Shown: piece by piece, positions 48,100 to 58,862 of the stretch
Layout of the letters: every line of letters starts with the position of its first letter
Position numbering within the stretch: the first letter of the stretch is position 1
DNA from: an uncultured Chloroflexia bacterium
Lineage (GTDB): Bacteria; Chloroflexota; Limnocylindria; Limnocylindrales; CSP1-4
NCBI GenBank assembly: GCA_963749705.1
Contig: CAVVNQ010000003.1
Span: 480,001-544,000 of the forward strand
Direction: 5' to 3'
DNA: 64,000 nt
Translations under genes and position numbers: made by a program
Notes under the pieces: model-generated
Seen by the model: only the letters and a program-made list of their open reading frames with translations
Databases searched by the model: none
Told to the model about the DNA's origin: nothing

Positions 48100-51000
48100 T
48101 CAGCCGGCCGGCTCGTCCGCCAGGTTCTGGCCCAGCCACCGAGCCGCCTCGTCGACGTCCATGCCGGCGCGCCGGGCGTAGTCCTCGAGCTGGTCGTGCC
48201 CGATCCGCCCGATGCCGAAGTAGCGGCTCTCGGGATGCCACAGGTAGATGCCCGACACGGCGGCCGTCGGCAGCATCGCGTACGACTCGGTCAGGCGAAT
48301 GCCCGCGCGTGCCTCTGCCTCGAGCAGCGCGAACAGCGCCCCCTTCGTCGTGTGGTCCGGGGTGGCCGGATACCCCGGGGCGGGCCGGATCCCCTGGTAT
48401 CGCTGCGCGATCAGCCCGTCGTTGTCGAGCCGCTCGTCGGGCGCGTATCCCCACAGCTCGCGGCGGACCCGCTCGTGGAGCCGCTCGGCGAACGCCTCGG
48501 CCAGACGGTCCGCGAGCGCCTTGGCCAGGATCGCGCTGTAGTCATCGTGCGCGGCCTCGTGCTCCCGGACGATGTCGTCAAGGCCGTGCCCCGCGGTCAC
48601 CGCGAACGCCCCCAGATGGTCCGCCACCCCGGCCGGACCGACGAAGTCCGCGACCGACAGGTTGGGTCGGGCGTCCGTCCGGGCCATCTGCTGGCGGAGC
48701 GCATGGAGGCGCGCGAGCTCGGTCGCCCGCGTCTCGTCCGCCCAGATGACGATGTCGTCCTCGGGGGTCGAGTTCGCCGGCCAGAAGCCCACCACGGCGG
48801 ACGCCGACAGCCGGCCCTCGTCGACGATCCTGCGCAGCATGGCCGTCGCGTCGTCGTGGAGCGAGCGCGCCGCGCCGCCGAACCGTGGGTCGTCGAGGAT
48901 CGCCGGATAGGCGCCGCGAAGCTCCCAGGTGGCGAAGAACGGCGTCCAGTCGATCCGCTCCACGAGCTCCGCGAGCGGGTAATGGTCGAGCGTCCGGACG
49001 CCGAGGAACGACGGCATCGGCGGTGGCGTCGACCAGTCGGCCTGCAGCCGGTTGGCACGGGCCTCGGCGATCGAAAGGCGGGTCTCCCGTGCGCGACGGC
49101 CTTCGCGCTCGCGGCGAACGGTCTCGTACTCCTCGCGGACGCCCGCGGCATACGCCTCCCGCCGTGCCGGGTCCATCAGGGCGCCCGCGACGCCCACCGC
49201 GCGCGAGGCATCGACGACATGCACGACGGGTGCCGAGTACCCGGGCTCGACCTTGACCGCGGTATGGACGCGCGAGGTCGTGGCGCCGCCGATCAGGAGC
49301 GGCGTGCGCATGCCCTCGCGCTCCATCATCGATGCCACGTGGACCATCTCGTCCAGCGAGGGCGTGATCAGCCCCGACAGCCCGATCAGGTCCGCCCCCA
49401 CCTCGCGCGCGGTCTCCAGGATCCGCGCCGCGGGCACCATCACGCCAAGGTCGATGACCTCGAAGTCGTTGCAGCCGAGCACGACGCCCACGATGTTCTT
49501 GCCGATGTCGTGCACGTCACCCTTGACCGTGGCCATCACGATCGTGCCCGCGCGACGTCCCGTTCCCTCGCGCTCGGCCTCGAGGTACGGGATGAGGTGA
49601 GCCACGGCCTTCTTCATCACCCGGGCGCTCTTGACGACCTGGGGCAGGAACATCCGGCCGGCGCCGAACCGGTCGCCGACCACGTTCATGCCGGCCATCA
49701 GCGGGCCCTCGATGACGTCGAGCGGGCGGCTCGTCAGCTGGCGCGCCTCCTCGGTGTCCTCGACGATGAACGCGTCGATGCCCTCGACGAGGGCGTGGGT
49801 GAGTCGCTCGTTGACCGGCAGCTCGCGCCATTCCAGGTTGTCGGCCACGCGCGCCTGCCCGCCCGCAGCCGCGTACCGGGGGGCGATCTCGAGCAGCCGT
49901 TCCGTGGCATCCGGCCGGCGGTCCTGGACCACGTCCTCGACCCGCTCCAGCAGGTCCGGGTCGATGTCGTCGTACAGCGGCAGCGCGCCCGCGTTGACGA
50001 TCCCCATGTCCATCCCGGCCCGGATCGCGTGGTACAGGAACACGGCGTGGATCGCCTCGCGTACGCGGTCGTTGCCGCGGAACGCGAACGACACGTTGGA
50101 CACACCGCCGCTGATCCGCGCGTGGGGCAGCGACGCCTTGAGCCGCCGGACCGCCTCGAAGTAGGCGACGGCATACCGCGCGTGCTCCTCGATCCCGGTC
50201 GCGATCGCGAAGATGTTGGGATCGAGGATGACGTCCTCGGGCGCAAAGCCCGCCCGTTCGGTCAGCAGGCGGTAGGCGCGGGTCAGGATCTCGACCTTGC
50301 GCTCCGTCGTGTCCCCCTGGCCCTGCTCGTCGAACGCCATCACGACCACCGCGGCGCCATACCGGTGGCACAGCGACGCCTGGCGCAGGAACTCCGGCTC
50401 ACCCTCCTTGAGCGAGATCGAGTTGACAACGCCTTTGCCCTGGAGCTGGCGCAGCCCGGCCTCGATGATCGACCAGCGCGAGCTGTCGACCATGACCGGG
50501 ACCGCGGCAATGTCGGGTTCGCTGCCCAGCCGGCGGAGGAAGCGCGTCATCGCCGCGACGCCGTCGAGCATCGCCTCGTCCATGTTGACGTCGAGCATCA
50601 CCGCGCCGTTGGCCACCTGGTCACGCGCGATCGCGACCGCCTCGTCCTCGGCGTCGCGTCCGGCGGCCATGAGCCGCGCGAACTTGCGCGAGCCGGTCAC
50701 GTTGGTCCGTTCGCCGACGTTGACGAACACGCCGCCCGGCATCGGGATCGTCAGCGGCTCGAGGCCGGCGAGCCGGGTCTCGTGCGTGCGCTCGGGGATG
50801 ACCCTGGGCGGAACCCCGGCGACCGCCGCGGCGATCGCCGCCACGTGCTCCGGCGTCGTCCCGCAGCAGCCACCGGCGACGTTGAGCAGCCCTGCCCTCG
50901 CCCACGCGCCCAGCTCGGCGGCCGTCTGGTCAGGCGTCTCGTCGTAGCCGCCCAGCTCGTTGGGCAGGCCGGCGTTGGGATAGGCCGACAGGGCGATCGG

Positions 51001-51828
51001 CGCAAGCCGCCCCAGCTCCTCGACGTGCTCGCGCAGCTGCCTCGCGCCCAGGGCGCAGTTGAGGCCGACCAGCAGCGGGTCCGCGTGGCGCACGCTGTTC
51101 CAGAACGCGGCGACCGTCTGGCCCGACAGGGTCCTGCCCGACGCGTCCACGATCGTTCCCGAGATGATCACCGGCAGCCGCAGGCCCAGCGCCTCGAACG
51201 CGTCCTCGATCGCGAAGATCGCGGCCTTGGCGTTGAGCGTGTCGAAGATCGTCTCGACCAGCAGCAGGTCCGCCCCGCCGGCGATCAGGCCGTCGGCCGA
51301 TTCGCGGTAGGCGGCCGCCAGCTCCTCGAACGAGACGTTGCGGGCGGCCGGGTCGTTGACGTCGGGGGAGATGGACGCGGTCCGGTTGGTCGGTCCGAGC
51401 GAGCCGGCGACGTACCGCGGCCGGCCGTCGCGTGCCTCCGCGGCATCGGCCGCCTCGCGCGCCAGCCGGGCGGCGGTCTCGTTCATCTCCCGGGCGACGT
51501 CCTCCAGGCCATAGTCGGCCTGCGCGATCCGGGTGGCCGTGAACGTGTTGGTGCTGATGATGTCCGAGCCCGCGTCAAGGTACCCGGCATGGACCGCCCG
51601 GACGGCATCGGGCCGCGTGATCGACAGCAGGTCGTTGTCGCCCCGCACGTCGCGCGGATGGCTCGCGAAGCGGGCACCACGGAAGTCCTGCTCCGAGAAC
51701 CGGTGTCGCTGGAGCATCGTGCCCATGGCGCCGTCGAGGACCAGGATGCGCTGGCGGAGGATGCCCGGCAGCAGCTCGAGCCGCGAGGCGCGGGTGAGCG
51801 GCGGCGGAGCTGCGACGTTGGCCGGCAT
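48100..51828 (-). CDS. metH: Cobalamin-dependent methionine synthase
   Basis: [42 protein letters not shown]12 motif, RPAPGYPA reactivation domain. Confidence 0.97.
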   Translation of the reverse strand: MPANVAAPPPLTRASRLELLPGILRQRILVLDGAMGTMLQRHRFSEQDFRGARFASHPRDVRGDNDLLSITRPDAVRAVHAGYLDAGSDIISTNTFTATRIAQADYGLEDVAREMNETAARLAREAADAAEARDGRPRYVAGSLGPTNRTASISPDVNDPAARNVSFEELAAAYRESADGLIAGGADLLLVETIFDTLNAKAAIFAIEDAFEALGLRLPVIISGTIVDASGRTLSGQTVAAFWNSVRHADPLLVGLNCALGARQLREHVEELGRLAPIALSAYPNAGLPNELGGYDETPDQTAAELGAWARAGLLNVAGGCCGTTPEHVAAIAAAVAGVPPRVIPERTHETRLAGLEPLTIPMPGGVFVNVGERTNVTGSRKFARLMAAGRDAEDEAVAIARDQVANGAVMLDVNMDEAMLDGVAAMTRFLRRLGSEPDIAAVPVMVDSSRWSIIEAGLRQLQGKGVVNSISLKEGEPEFLRQASLCHRYGAAVVVMAFDEQGQGDTTERKVEILTRAYRLLTERAGFAPEDVILDPNIFAIATGIEEHARYAVAYFEAVRRLKASLPHARISGGVSNVSFAFRGNDRVREAIHAVFLYHAIRAGMDMGIVNAGALPLYDDIDPDLLERVEDVVQDRRPDATERLLEIAPRYAAAGGQARVADNLEWRELPVNERLTHALVEGIDAFIVEDTEEARQLTSRPLDVIEGPLMAGMNVVGDRFGAGRMFLPQVVKSARVMKKAVAHLIPYLEAEREGTGRRAGTIVMATVKGDVHDIGKNIVGVVLGCNDFEVIDLGVMVPAARILETAREVGADLIGLSGLITPSLDEMVHVASMMEREGMRTPLLIGGATTSRVHTAVKVEPGYSAPVVHVVDASRAVGVAGALMDPARREAYAAGVREEYETVRREREGRRARETRLSIAEARANRLQADWSTPPPMPSFLGVRTLDHYPLAELVERIDWTPFFATWELRGAYPAILDDPRFGGAARSLHDDATAMLRRIVDEGRLSASAVVGFWPANSTPEDDIVIWADETRATELARLHALRQQMARTDARPNLSVADFVGPAGVADHLGAFAVTAGHGLDDIVREHEAAHDDYSAILAKALADRLAEAFAERLHERVRRELWGYAPDERLDNDGLIAQRYQGIRPAPGYPATPDHTTKGALFALLEAEARAGIRLTESYAMLPTAAVSGIYLWHPESRYFGIGRIGHDQLEDYARRAGMDVDEAARWLGQNLADEPAG

Positions 51829-52025
51829 CAGGCGACCAATCTACCCCCACGGCATCGGCGTCATGGCCCGCCGGCAGGCGATGGCGGTCTCATCCGCCGC
51901 GTCAGCGCAACGGAATCGACGGGCGGCTGACATCATGACCGGAGACGACGCGACCAGTCGTGTGCCGCGCCGTTCGGCGCCCGATCCCGTCCCGCCGGCG
52001 TCGCATCCGCGAAGGAGATCGAGAC

Positions 52026-53249
52026 ATGCGGATCCTGGTGATCGGCGCCGGTGGCGTGGGCAGCGCCGCCGTCGGCATCGCGGCCCGACGCGAGTTCTTC
52101 GAGCACATGGTGGTCGCCGACTACGATCCCGCCCGGGTCGAGCACGCCCTGGCCCAGGTCGCCGGCGACGGCCGCTTCTCCGGCGCGCAGGCCGACGCGT
52201 CGGATGTCGAGGCGATGGTCGCCCTGATCCGCGAGCACCGGATCAGCCATGTCCTCAATGCCGTGGACCCGCGCTTCGTGATGCCGATCTTCGACGCCAC
52301 GTTTGCGGCGGGCATCGACTACATGGACATGGCGATGTCGCTGTCGCGCCCGCATCCCGATCGTCCATACGCCGAAAGCGGCGAGAAGCTGGGCGATGCG
52401 CAGTTCGCGAAGGCGTCGGCGTGGGAGGCCGCAGGCCGGCTGGCCCTCGTCGGGATGGGGGTCGAACCCGGCCTGTCCGACGTGTTCGCCCGCTATGCCG
52501 CCGATCACCTGTTCTCGGCCATCGACGAGGTCGGCATCCGGGACGGCGCCAACCTGACCGTCGACGGCTACGAGTTCGCGCCGTCGTTCTCGATCTGGAC
52601 GACGATCGAGGAGTGCCTCAACCCGCCGGTCATCTGGGACAAGGACCGCGGCTGGTACACGACGCCGCCGTTCAGCGAGCCGGAGGTGTTCGAGTTCCCG
52701 GAGGGCATCGGCCCGGTCGAGTGCGTCAACGTCGAGCACGAGGAGGTCCTGCTGGTCCCGCGCTGGGTGGACGCGAAGCGGGTGACGTTCAAGTACGGCC
52801 TCGGTGACGAGTTCATCGAGGTGCTGCGGGTGCTCCACAAGCTGGGTCTCGACAGCACCGCACCGGTGCGGGTCCGGGGCGCCGAGGTCTCGCCCCGGGA
52901 CGTGGTTGCCGCCTGCCTCCCGGATCCGGCCGGGCTGGGCGACCGGATGCACGGCAAGACCTGTGCGGGAACGTGGGTCACGGGCCGCGGCAAGGACGGC
53001 CGCCCGCGCGCCGTCTACCTGTATCACGTGGTGGACAACGGCTGGTCGATGGCCGAGTACGGATCGCAGGCCGTGGTCTGGCAGACCGCGATCAACCCGA
53101 TCGTCGCGCTCGAGCTGCTGGCGCGCGGGACGTGGAGCGGGACGGGCGTGCTCGGCCCGGAGGCGTTCGATGCGATGCCATTCCTGGAGCTGCTGACGGG
53201 GTACGGCTCGCCCTGGGGCATGCGCGAGGAGGCGCCGCCCGCCGGCTGA
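52026..53249 (+). CDS. Saccharopine dehydrogenase family protein (carboxyspermidine dehydrogenase-like)
   Basis: IGAGGVG, YMDMA, GMGVEPG, NVEHEEV and QAVVWQTA motifs; AAGGAG RBS. Confidence 0.88.
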   Translation: MRILVIGAGGVGSAAVGIAARREFFEHMVVADYDPARVEHALAQVAGDGRFSGAQADASDVEAMVALIREHRISHVLNAVDPRFVMPIFDATFAAGIDYMDMAMSLSRPHPDRPYAESGEKLGDAQFAKASAWEAAGRLALVGMGVEPGLSDVFARYAADHLFSAIDEVGIRDGANLTVDGYEFAPSFSIWTTIEECLNPPVIWDKDRGWYTTPPFSEPEVFEFPEGIGPVECVNVEHEEVLLVPRWVDAKRVTFKYGLGDEFIEVLRVLHKLGLDSTAPVRVRGAEVSPRDVVAACLPDPAGLGDRMHGKTCAGTWVTGRGKDGRPRAVYLYHVVDNGWSMAEYGSQAVVWQTAINPIVALELLARGTWSGTGVLGPEAFDAMPFLELLTGYGSPWGMREEAPPAG

Positions 53250-53312
53250 TCATCGCTCCTGGCTCGCGTCGCCGTCGCGGTCACGCGGGCCCGGCTGTCT
53301 GCCGGCGCCCTC

Positions 53313-54293
53313 TCAGATCCGGTCGATCCGCCGAGCCGACAGGCGGGGGCCGTACCGTGGTGCGCGGATCCCCGACAGCTCCAGCAGCCGGAGCACGCGC
53401 CCACGCTGCCCGCGGTACGGCTCGAGCAGCTCGAGCATCCGTTCGTCCGTCCCCCTGGGCTCGCGGGCCAGCGCCCAGGCGACGAGGTTGGGCAGGTGGA
53501 AGTCGCCGACGCTCACGGCATCCGGGTCGCCGAGCGCCCGGATGCCCACCTCGGCCGCCGTCCACGGGCCGATGCCGCTGAACGACCGGAGGGCCTCGTA
53601 CAGCCGGGCTGGCTCGCCGTCCGGCCCGGCGGCCTCCGCGGCCAGCCGCTCGAGCCGCGGCGCCTCGCGCGCCACTGCACGGATCAGCTCTGCGCGCCGG
53701 CGCTCGATGCCCAGCGGGTGATACGCGTGGTAGGGCAGGGCAGCCAGCGTCTCCGCCGCCGGCTGGAGCCGGAGAGCGGCGGAGCCGGGTGCCGGCTCGC
53801 CGAGCACCCGGATCATGGTCCGGTATGCGTGGCGGGCCTCGGCGCCCGTGACCTTCTGCTCCAGGATCGCGGGCACCAGCGCCTCGAGCAGCGCGCCCGT
53901 TCGGCCGATGCGCAGCCCGCGAAGGCGATGGGCCGCGCCGGCGACGACGGGATCCTGCGGAACCAGCGCCGACGGCTCGTCGTCGAGGCCGATCAGTGAC
54001 TCGATCCCTGCGACCGCCGTCTGCGCCCCGGGACCCCAGGCATGCACGACGAGCCCGTCCCGAGCGGGCTGGAGCAGGACCGTCGCCGGCCCGGCCGTGG
54101 TCCGTGTCGCCCGCCAGACGCGACCGCCGGGCTCGAATCGCCAGGCAGGATCGCCCGCGCCCCGGAGGTGGAGCCCCAGCGTCAGGCGGAGGTGGATCTG
54201 GACGTCGAACCGAACGTGGCGCTCGGCGTCCGGGGCGTTCGCCGCGGCCCCATCGACCGCGACGCGGGCTGCGCTGCTGCTCGGGTTCGTCAC
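53313..54293 (-). CDS. AlkA-like DNA-3-methyladenine glycosylase (HhH-GPD)
   Basis: AILEQKV and HhH GIGPWTA...GDPDAVSVGD motifs. Confidence 0.88.
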   Translation of the reverse strand: MTNPSSSAARVAVDGAAANAPDAERHVRFDVQIHLRLTLGLHLRGAGDPAWRFEPGGRVWRATRTTAGPATVLLQPARDGLVVHAWGPGAQTAVAGIESLIGLDDEPSALVPQDPVVAGAAHRLRGLRIGRTGALLEALVPAILEQKVTGAEARHAYRTMIRVLGEPAPGSAALRLQPAAETLAALPYHAYHPLGIERRRAELIRAVAREAPRLERLAAEAAGPDGEPARLYEALRSFSGIGPWTAAEVGIRALGDPDAVSVGDFHLPNLVAWALAREPRGTDERMLELLEPYRGQRGRVLRLLELSGIRAPRYGPRLSARRIDRI

Positions 54294-54384
54294 CCGTGCA
54301 GGCTACCGCCGGCACGACGATCGGCTGCACCAGGTGGGCGGCCGCGTGCACAAGTTGACATCTCCGGGTAGGCTGCGACCAGAC

Positions 54385-54996
54385 GTGCGCACCAGGCTCA
54401 TCGTCGCGATCGCGGCCCTCATGGCCGCGTCCGCCCTGGTCGCCCTACCTGAACCCGCGGGCTCGAGTGCCCCGAGCTCCGCCCGGACGGTCGATCCGGC
54501 GTCATTGCGCGCCGTGTCGATTGCGCTGCTCGCCGGTTCACCGGCGACGACAATTCCACCACTTGACACGGCGCCTCGCTCGGCCGGATGGCTCGGGCCC
54601 GGTTCGACGTTGGTTGAGCCAGGTCGGGTGGTCACCCCGCCCAGCAGGCCGACCGTCGCGCAGCCGGCGCCGCGGGTGGGCACGTACCTCAAGAACTACT
54701 GGCGCTTCGACGGCAACATCAGCTGGTACGGGCCCGGCTTCTACGGCAAGCGCACGGCGTGCGGGTACGCCTACACGCAGACGATCATGGGCGTCGCGCA
54801 CCGCACCCTGCCCTGCGGCACCCTGGTGACCTTCCGCAACCCGGCCAACGGACGCCAGGTCACGGTGCCCGTCATCGATCGCGGACCGTACGTCACGGGT
54901 CGCCAGTGGGACATGTCCGCGGGCCTGTGCACCTACCTCGGCCACTGCTACACGGGCTCGATCGAGTGGCGCTGGGGCAACCGGCCGGGCGGCTGA
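54385..54996 (+). CDS. RlpA-like double-psi beta-barrel lytic transglycosylase
   Basis: Signal peptide; SWYGPGFYGKRTACG, AHRTLPCGT and VIDRGPY motifs. Confidence 0.88.
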   Translation: MRTRLIVAIAALMAASALVALPEPAGSSAPSSARTVDPASLRAVSIALLAGSPATTIPPLDTAPRSAGWLGPGSTLVEPGRVVTPPSRPTVAQPAPRVGTYLKNYWRFDGNISWYGPGFYGKRTACGYAYTQTIMGVAHRTLPCGTLVTFRNPANGRQVTVPVIDRGPYVTGRQWDMSAGLCTYLGHCYTGSIEWRWGNRPGG

Positions 54997-55086
54997 GCCG
55001 CCGCGCAAGGTCACGGAACCGGCGGGGAGGCACGTACGTCCTCTCGCCACGGCCACATCGCCGCGTCCCATCGAGGCCAACGTCCC

Positions 55087-56028
55087 GTGTCCACGCTCGC
55101 CAACCACCACGTCCGTGTCAGCGTCCTGATCGTCGGGTCGCTGCTGTGCCTCCAGCTGGCCGCCTGCGGGTCCGGGTCTGCCAGCCTGACCCCGACCGGC
55201 GTCCCGCCATCCGCCCCCGAGAACTCGCAGGATTCGTCTGCCGCCCCTTCCGCCGCACCGACGGGCGTGCCGGCTCCGGAGCTGCTGCTCGAGGTCACCA
55301 GCGAGGGCGGGTTCATCAACCCGTCGGCCAACATCGGCGCCCTGCCCCTGGTGGTCGTCGACTCCGATGGTCGCATCTACACGCCCGGCAGCTCCACCGC
55401 CGAAGGTCCGGCGCCGCTCGTCGCGCCGGTCGACGTTCGTGATGTCGGCGCCGACGGCGCTGCGGCGATCCTCGACGCGATCCGGACCGCCGGGCTGGAC
55501 CGGGAGGGGAGCGGCGGCGGGGTCGTCGCCGATACCGGATCCGCGGTGTTCACGGTCGTGATCGACGGCAACACGATCGTGAGCCGGTTCGCGAACAGCG
55601 GCGGCCCGGGACTCCCCGGCGGCGCAGGTGGCCCGGGTGCGCCGGGGAGCGACGGTCCGGGTGCGGCGGCCTTCGACCTCCTCGGGCGGCTGACCGATCC
55701 GACCGTCAGCTGGGGCTCGGCGCCCGCCTCGCCGGTCCCATACGTGCCGGCCGGCTACCGCATCTACGACGCGCCGGTCGAGTCGGCGACCGAGGACGGT
55801 GGCACGCCGATCCCGTGGCCGTTGCCGACGGACCTCGCCTCGTTCGGTACCCCCGCCGTCCCCGACCTGGGCGTCCCCGGGCTCCGCTCGGGCATCGCCA
55901 CCGGCGACGCGGCAGCGACGCTGACACCCGTGCTGGCATCGGCATCCGTCACGACGGCATTCATCTCCTCGGGGCAGGCGTACTCGCTGTGGGTGCGGCC
56001 GCTGTTCCCGGACGAGCTCGCCAGCTGA
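55087..56028 (+). CDS. Putative lipoprotein of unknown function
   Basis: Lipobox LAAC, Ser/Pro linker, EGGF...DGRIYTPG pattern. Confidence 0.72.
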   Translation: MSTLANHHVRVSVLIVGSLLCLQLAACGSGSASLTPTGVPPSAPENSQDSSAAPSAAPTGVPAPELLLEVTSEGGFINPSANIGALPLVVVDSDGRIYTPGSSTAEGPAPLVAPVDVRDVGADGAAAILDAIRTAGLDREGSGGGVVADTGSAVFTVVIDGNTIVSRFANSGGPGLPGGAGGPGAPGSDGPGAAAFDLLGRLTDPTVSWGSAPASPVPYVPAGYRIYDAPVESATEDGGTPIPWPLPTDLASFGTPAVPDLGVPGLRSGIATGDAAATLTPVLASASVTTAFISSGQAYSLWVRPLFPDELAS

Positions 56029-56185
56029 TCGATCCGGCCGGTCTCGCTCGAAGATGTGAAAACGCTCATCGGGCGCACAGGCGCGGGCCAATGACGAGCG
56101 GCACGATTTGCTGCGGGATGCCGGATCCGGTCGGCATCCCGTCTATGGAGGACAAGGTGCGCGTGCGAACCCCAAGGTCACGGCG

Positions 56186-57451
56186 TTGAGCCGTCGCAGC
56201 CGCGAGGTGCGCCGCGCCCGCTCCAGGCCACCGGTCGACGCGCAGTCGGCATCGTGGCAAGAGGTCTCCCGGACCGGCAGCGCTCCCGAACCCTCGCTTC
56301 GGGAGCGCCTCGAGCGCGCGAGCGTTCCGGCTCGCGCGCTCCTGCCGGCCCGCCTGTTCTTCGGCGCGACGTTCGTGTACGCGGGCATCGACAAGCTCGT
56401 GGACCCGACGTTCTTCGATGCGGCAAGCCCGGCCTCGATCAACGGCCAGCTGGCCGCGTTCGCACGCGTCTCGCCGCTGGCGCCGCTCGTCCGCCTGAGC
56501 CAGCCGTTCGCGTTCGAGATCGGCATCCTGATCGCGCTCGCGGAGATCGCGATCGGGATCGGGGCGCTGACCGGGCTTGCCTTCCGGCTGTCGGCGCTCG
56601 GTGGCGCGCTGCTGTCGCTGCTGTTCTGGCTGACCGCCTCGTGGACCACCACCCCCTACTACTACGGCCCCGACCTCCCGTACGCATTCGGCTGGCTTGC
56701 GCTCGCGCTCGCCGGTGACGGCGGCCTGCTCGTGCCCCGGTCGGTCCGCGAGATCGGCCGCCGCGTGGAGGAGGACTGGCCGCTGAGCATCCGCGCGGCG
56801 GGCCGTCGGATGCGCGACCCCTGGTACGCCGACGACGAGGAGGAGGTCTCACCGGCGCGCCGGCTCGTGCTCCAGAGCGGCGTGCTCGCCGCTGCCGCGC
56901 TCGGGATCGCATCGCTGGCGGTGCCGCTCCGGTTCCTCCGGCCGCGGAGCCTCGACGACGCGCAGTCCGCCGGCCTGGCCGGCGATCCGGGTCTCGGCGC
57001 CGGAGGCTCGAGCCCCGGCACGGGCGACCTCTCGAGCCCGCAACCGGCTGGCGCGGGTGCGTCGGCGCCCACGGCGCCGGATCCGGCCACGGGGCCCAAC
57101 GCGACGCCCAACGCGTCGCTCGCCATCGCCACCGTCAGCGACGTGGATGCCCAGGGTGCTCGCCGCTTCCGGGTCCCGATCTCCGCCCCGTCACCGCTTC
57201 CGGCCGGCGATCCCGGCATCATCGTCAAGCTTGCCGACGGCACATTCGCGGCCTACGACGCCACCTGCACCCACGAGGGATGCAGGGTGGGCTGGAACGC
57301 GCAGTACGGCGTGCTCCTGTGTCCGTGCCACGGCGCCGCCTTCGATCCGACGAACCACGGCGAGGTGCTCGGCGGACCCACCAACCGGCCGCTGCTCGAG
57401 CTGCCGCTGGTCGTGGACACCCAGACCGGGACGATCAGCCTGAAGGCGTAG
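56186..57451 (+). CDS. DoxX/TQO-DoxD membrane domain fused to C-terminal Rieske [2Fe-2S] domain (start uncertain)
   Basis: RLFFGATFVYAGIDKL, AEIAIG and YYGPDL DoxD motifs; RRLVLQ twin-Arg segment; CTHEGC and CPCHGAAF Rieske boxes. Confidence 0.88.
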   Translation: MSRRSREVRRARSRPPVDAQSASWQEVSRTGSAPEPSLRERLERASVPARALLPARLFFGATFVYAGIDKLVDPTFFDAASPASINGQLAAFARVSPLAPLVRLSQPFAFEIGILIALAEIAIGIGALTGLAFRLSALGGALLSLLFWLTASWTTTPYYYGPDLPYAFGWLALALAGDGGLLVPRSVREIGRRVEEDWPLSIRAAGRRMRDPWYADDEEEVSPARRLVLQSGVLAAAALGIASLAVPLRFLRPRSLDDAQSAGLAGDPGLGAGGSSPGTGDLSSPQPAGAGASAPTAPDPATGPNATPNASLAIATVSDVDAQGARRFRVPISAPSPLPAGDPGIIVKLADGTFAAYDATCTHEGCRVGWNAQYGVLLCPCHGAAFDPTNHGEVLGGPTNRPLLELPLVVDTQTGTISLKA

Positions 57452-57536
57452 TCCGGAGCCCCATCCGAAGCGGTCCCGGGAATCCCTTCCGGACGCGCTC
57501 CCGGCGCCGCCGTGGAACCTCCACTACAGTCGCCGC

Positions 57537-58829
57537 GTGAACCCGCCGATGCCCGATGGGCGCGTCCCGCCCCGTGGTGCGCCCGCCGGCGCCGGCAACA
57601 CAGGTACGGCGCGGCTGTCGCGCCGGCGCGTCCTGGGTGCCGGTCTTGCCGGCGGCGCCGCGCTGCTGCTGGCCGGATGCGCCCCCGGGTCGTCGCCGAC
57701 GACAGGTCCGTCCGGCACGGCACCGTCACCGGCCCCGTCGGCGTCCGGATCGGCGCCGGCATCCCCGTCCGGGCCGGCGGTGCGCCCCTCGCCATCTGCG
57801 GCGGGCGATCTCCGCCGCAGGATCGCGGGCCTGCTCGTGGTGGGGTTCCGCGGGCTCACCCTCGATGACGCTCCATGGGTCGCGGACGCGCTGGCCGGCG
57901 GTCTCGGCGGCGTGATCCTGTTCGATCGCGATCAGCTGACGGGCGGGTCCCGCAACGTCGCGTCCCCGGCACAGGTCGCCCGTCTCACACGGGACCTGCG
58001 CGCGGCCGCGGGGGACCGGGCGATCGCCATCGGCGTGGACCAGGAGGGCGGCCGGGTGACACGGCTCGGTCCGGCCCATGGGTTCCCGGCGGTCGCCTCC
58101 GAGGCGGAGATCGGGGCGGGCACGACCGCCGCGGCCCGGACGTGGGCGGCGGGCATCGCGGCGACCCTTGCCGCGGCCGGCATCGACCTCAACCTCGCGC
58201 CGGTCGTGGATCTCGACGTCAACCCGGCCAGCCCGGCGATCGGGGCGCTGGACCGGTCGTTCTCGGCGGATCCGGACGTGGTCGTCAGGATGGCGACGAT
58301 CGAGGTCGCCGCCCACCGGGCGGCCGGGGTCCGGACGACGCTCAAGCACTTTCCGGGGATCGGCAGCTCCACCGCGAACACGGACACGGCGTTCGTGGAC
58401 GTCACGAAGACCTGGACCCGGATCGAGCTCGAGCCGTTCCGGCGCCTGGTCGCAACCGGGGACGCCGACGCGATCATGGTGGGCCACGTGCTCAACGGCC
58501 AGCTCGATCCGGACCTGCCGGCCTCCCTGTCCCCGGCGGTCGTCACCGCACTGCTGCGGGGCACGCTCGGCTGGGACGGCGTCGTCGTGACCGACGACCT
58601 CCAGGCCACGGCCGTTCTGGACGCCTACGGGCTGGAGGAGGCCGCGCTGCTTGCCATCGATGCCGGCGATGACCTGCTGCTGGTCGCGAACCAGCAGGCC
58701 TACGAGCCCGACGTCATCGAGCGCATCGTCGAGGCCGTCGCGGACGCCGTCGAGCAGGGGCGCCTGGCCGAGTCGCGCATCGACGCCTCGCTGGCCCGGG
58801 TCGACCGGCTGCTCCGAGCCGGCTCGTAG
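57537..58829 (+). CDS. GH3 beta-N-acetylhexosaminidase-like (NagZ-type) Tat lipoprotein
   Basis: SRRRVL Tat motif plus LAGC lipobox; GGVILF, VDQEGGRV, APVVD, KHFPG and VVVTDDL motifs. Confidence 0.88.
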   Translation: MNPPMPDGRVPPRGAPAGAGNTGTARLSRRRVLGAGLAGGAALLLAGCAPGSSPTTGPSGTAPSPAPSASGSAPASPSGPAVRPSPSAAGDLRRRIAGLLVVGFRGLTLDDAPWVADALAGGLGGVILFDRDQLTGGSRNVASPAQVARLTRDLRAAAGDRAIAIGVDQEGGRVTRLGPAHGFPAVASEAEIGAGTTAAARTWAAGIAATLAAAGIDLNLAPVVDLDVNPASPAIGALDRSFSADPDVVVRMATIEVAAHRAAGVRTTLKHFPGIGSSTANTDTAFVDVTKTWTRIELEPFRRLVATGDADAIMVGHVLNGQLDPDLPASLSPAVVTALLRGTLGWDGVVVTDDLQATAVLDAYGLEEAALLAIDAGDDLLLVANQQAYEPDVIERIVEAVADAVEQGRLAESRIDASLARVDRLLRAGS

Positions 58830-58862
58830 CGCGCCCGACCACACCGGCGGCCCCGCCCGTGG

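Noticed and set aside
47545-51930. 1461-aa plus-strand ORF
   Set aside because: Antisense shadow of metH and the tfoX-like gene
51829-52025. SAM or cobalamin riboswitch upstream of metH (and of mmuM)
   Set aside because: No recognisable conserved cores, and both genes have -10 boxes close to the start codon; an Rfam scan would be decisive
54355-54374. TTGACA plus TAGGCT as a -35/-10 pair for the rlpA-like gene
   Set aside because: The spacer is only 8 nt
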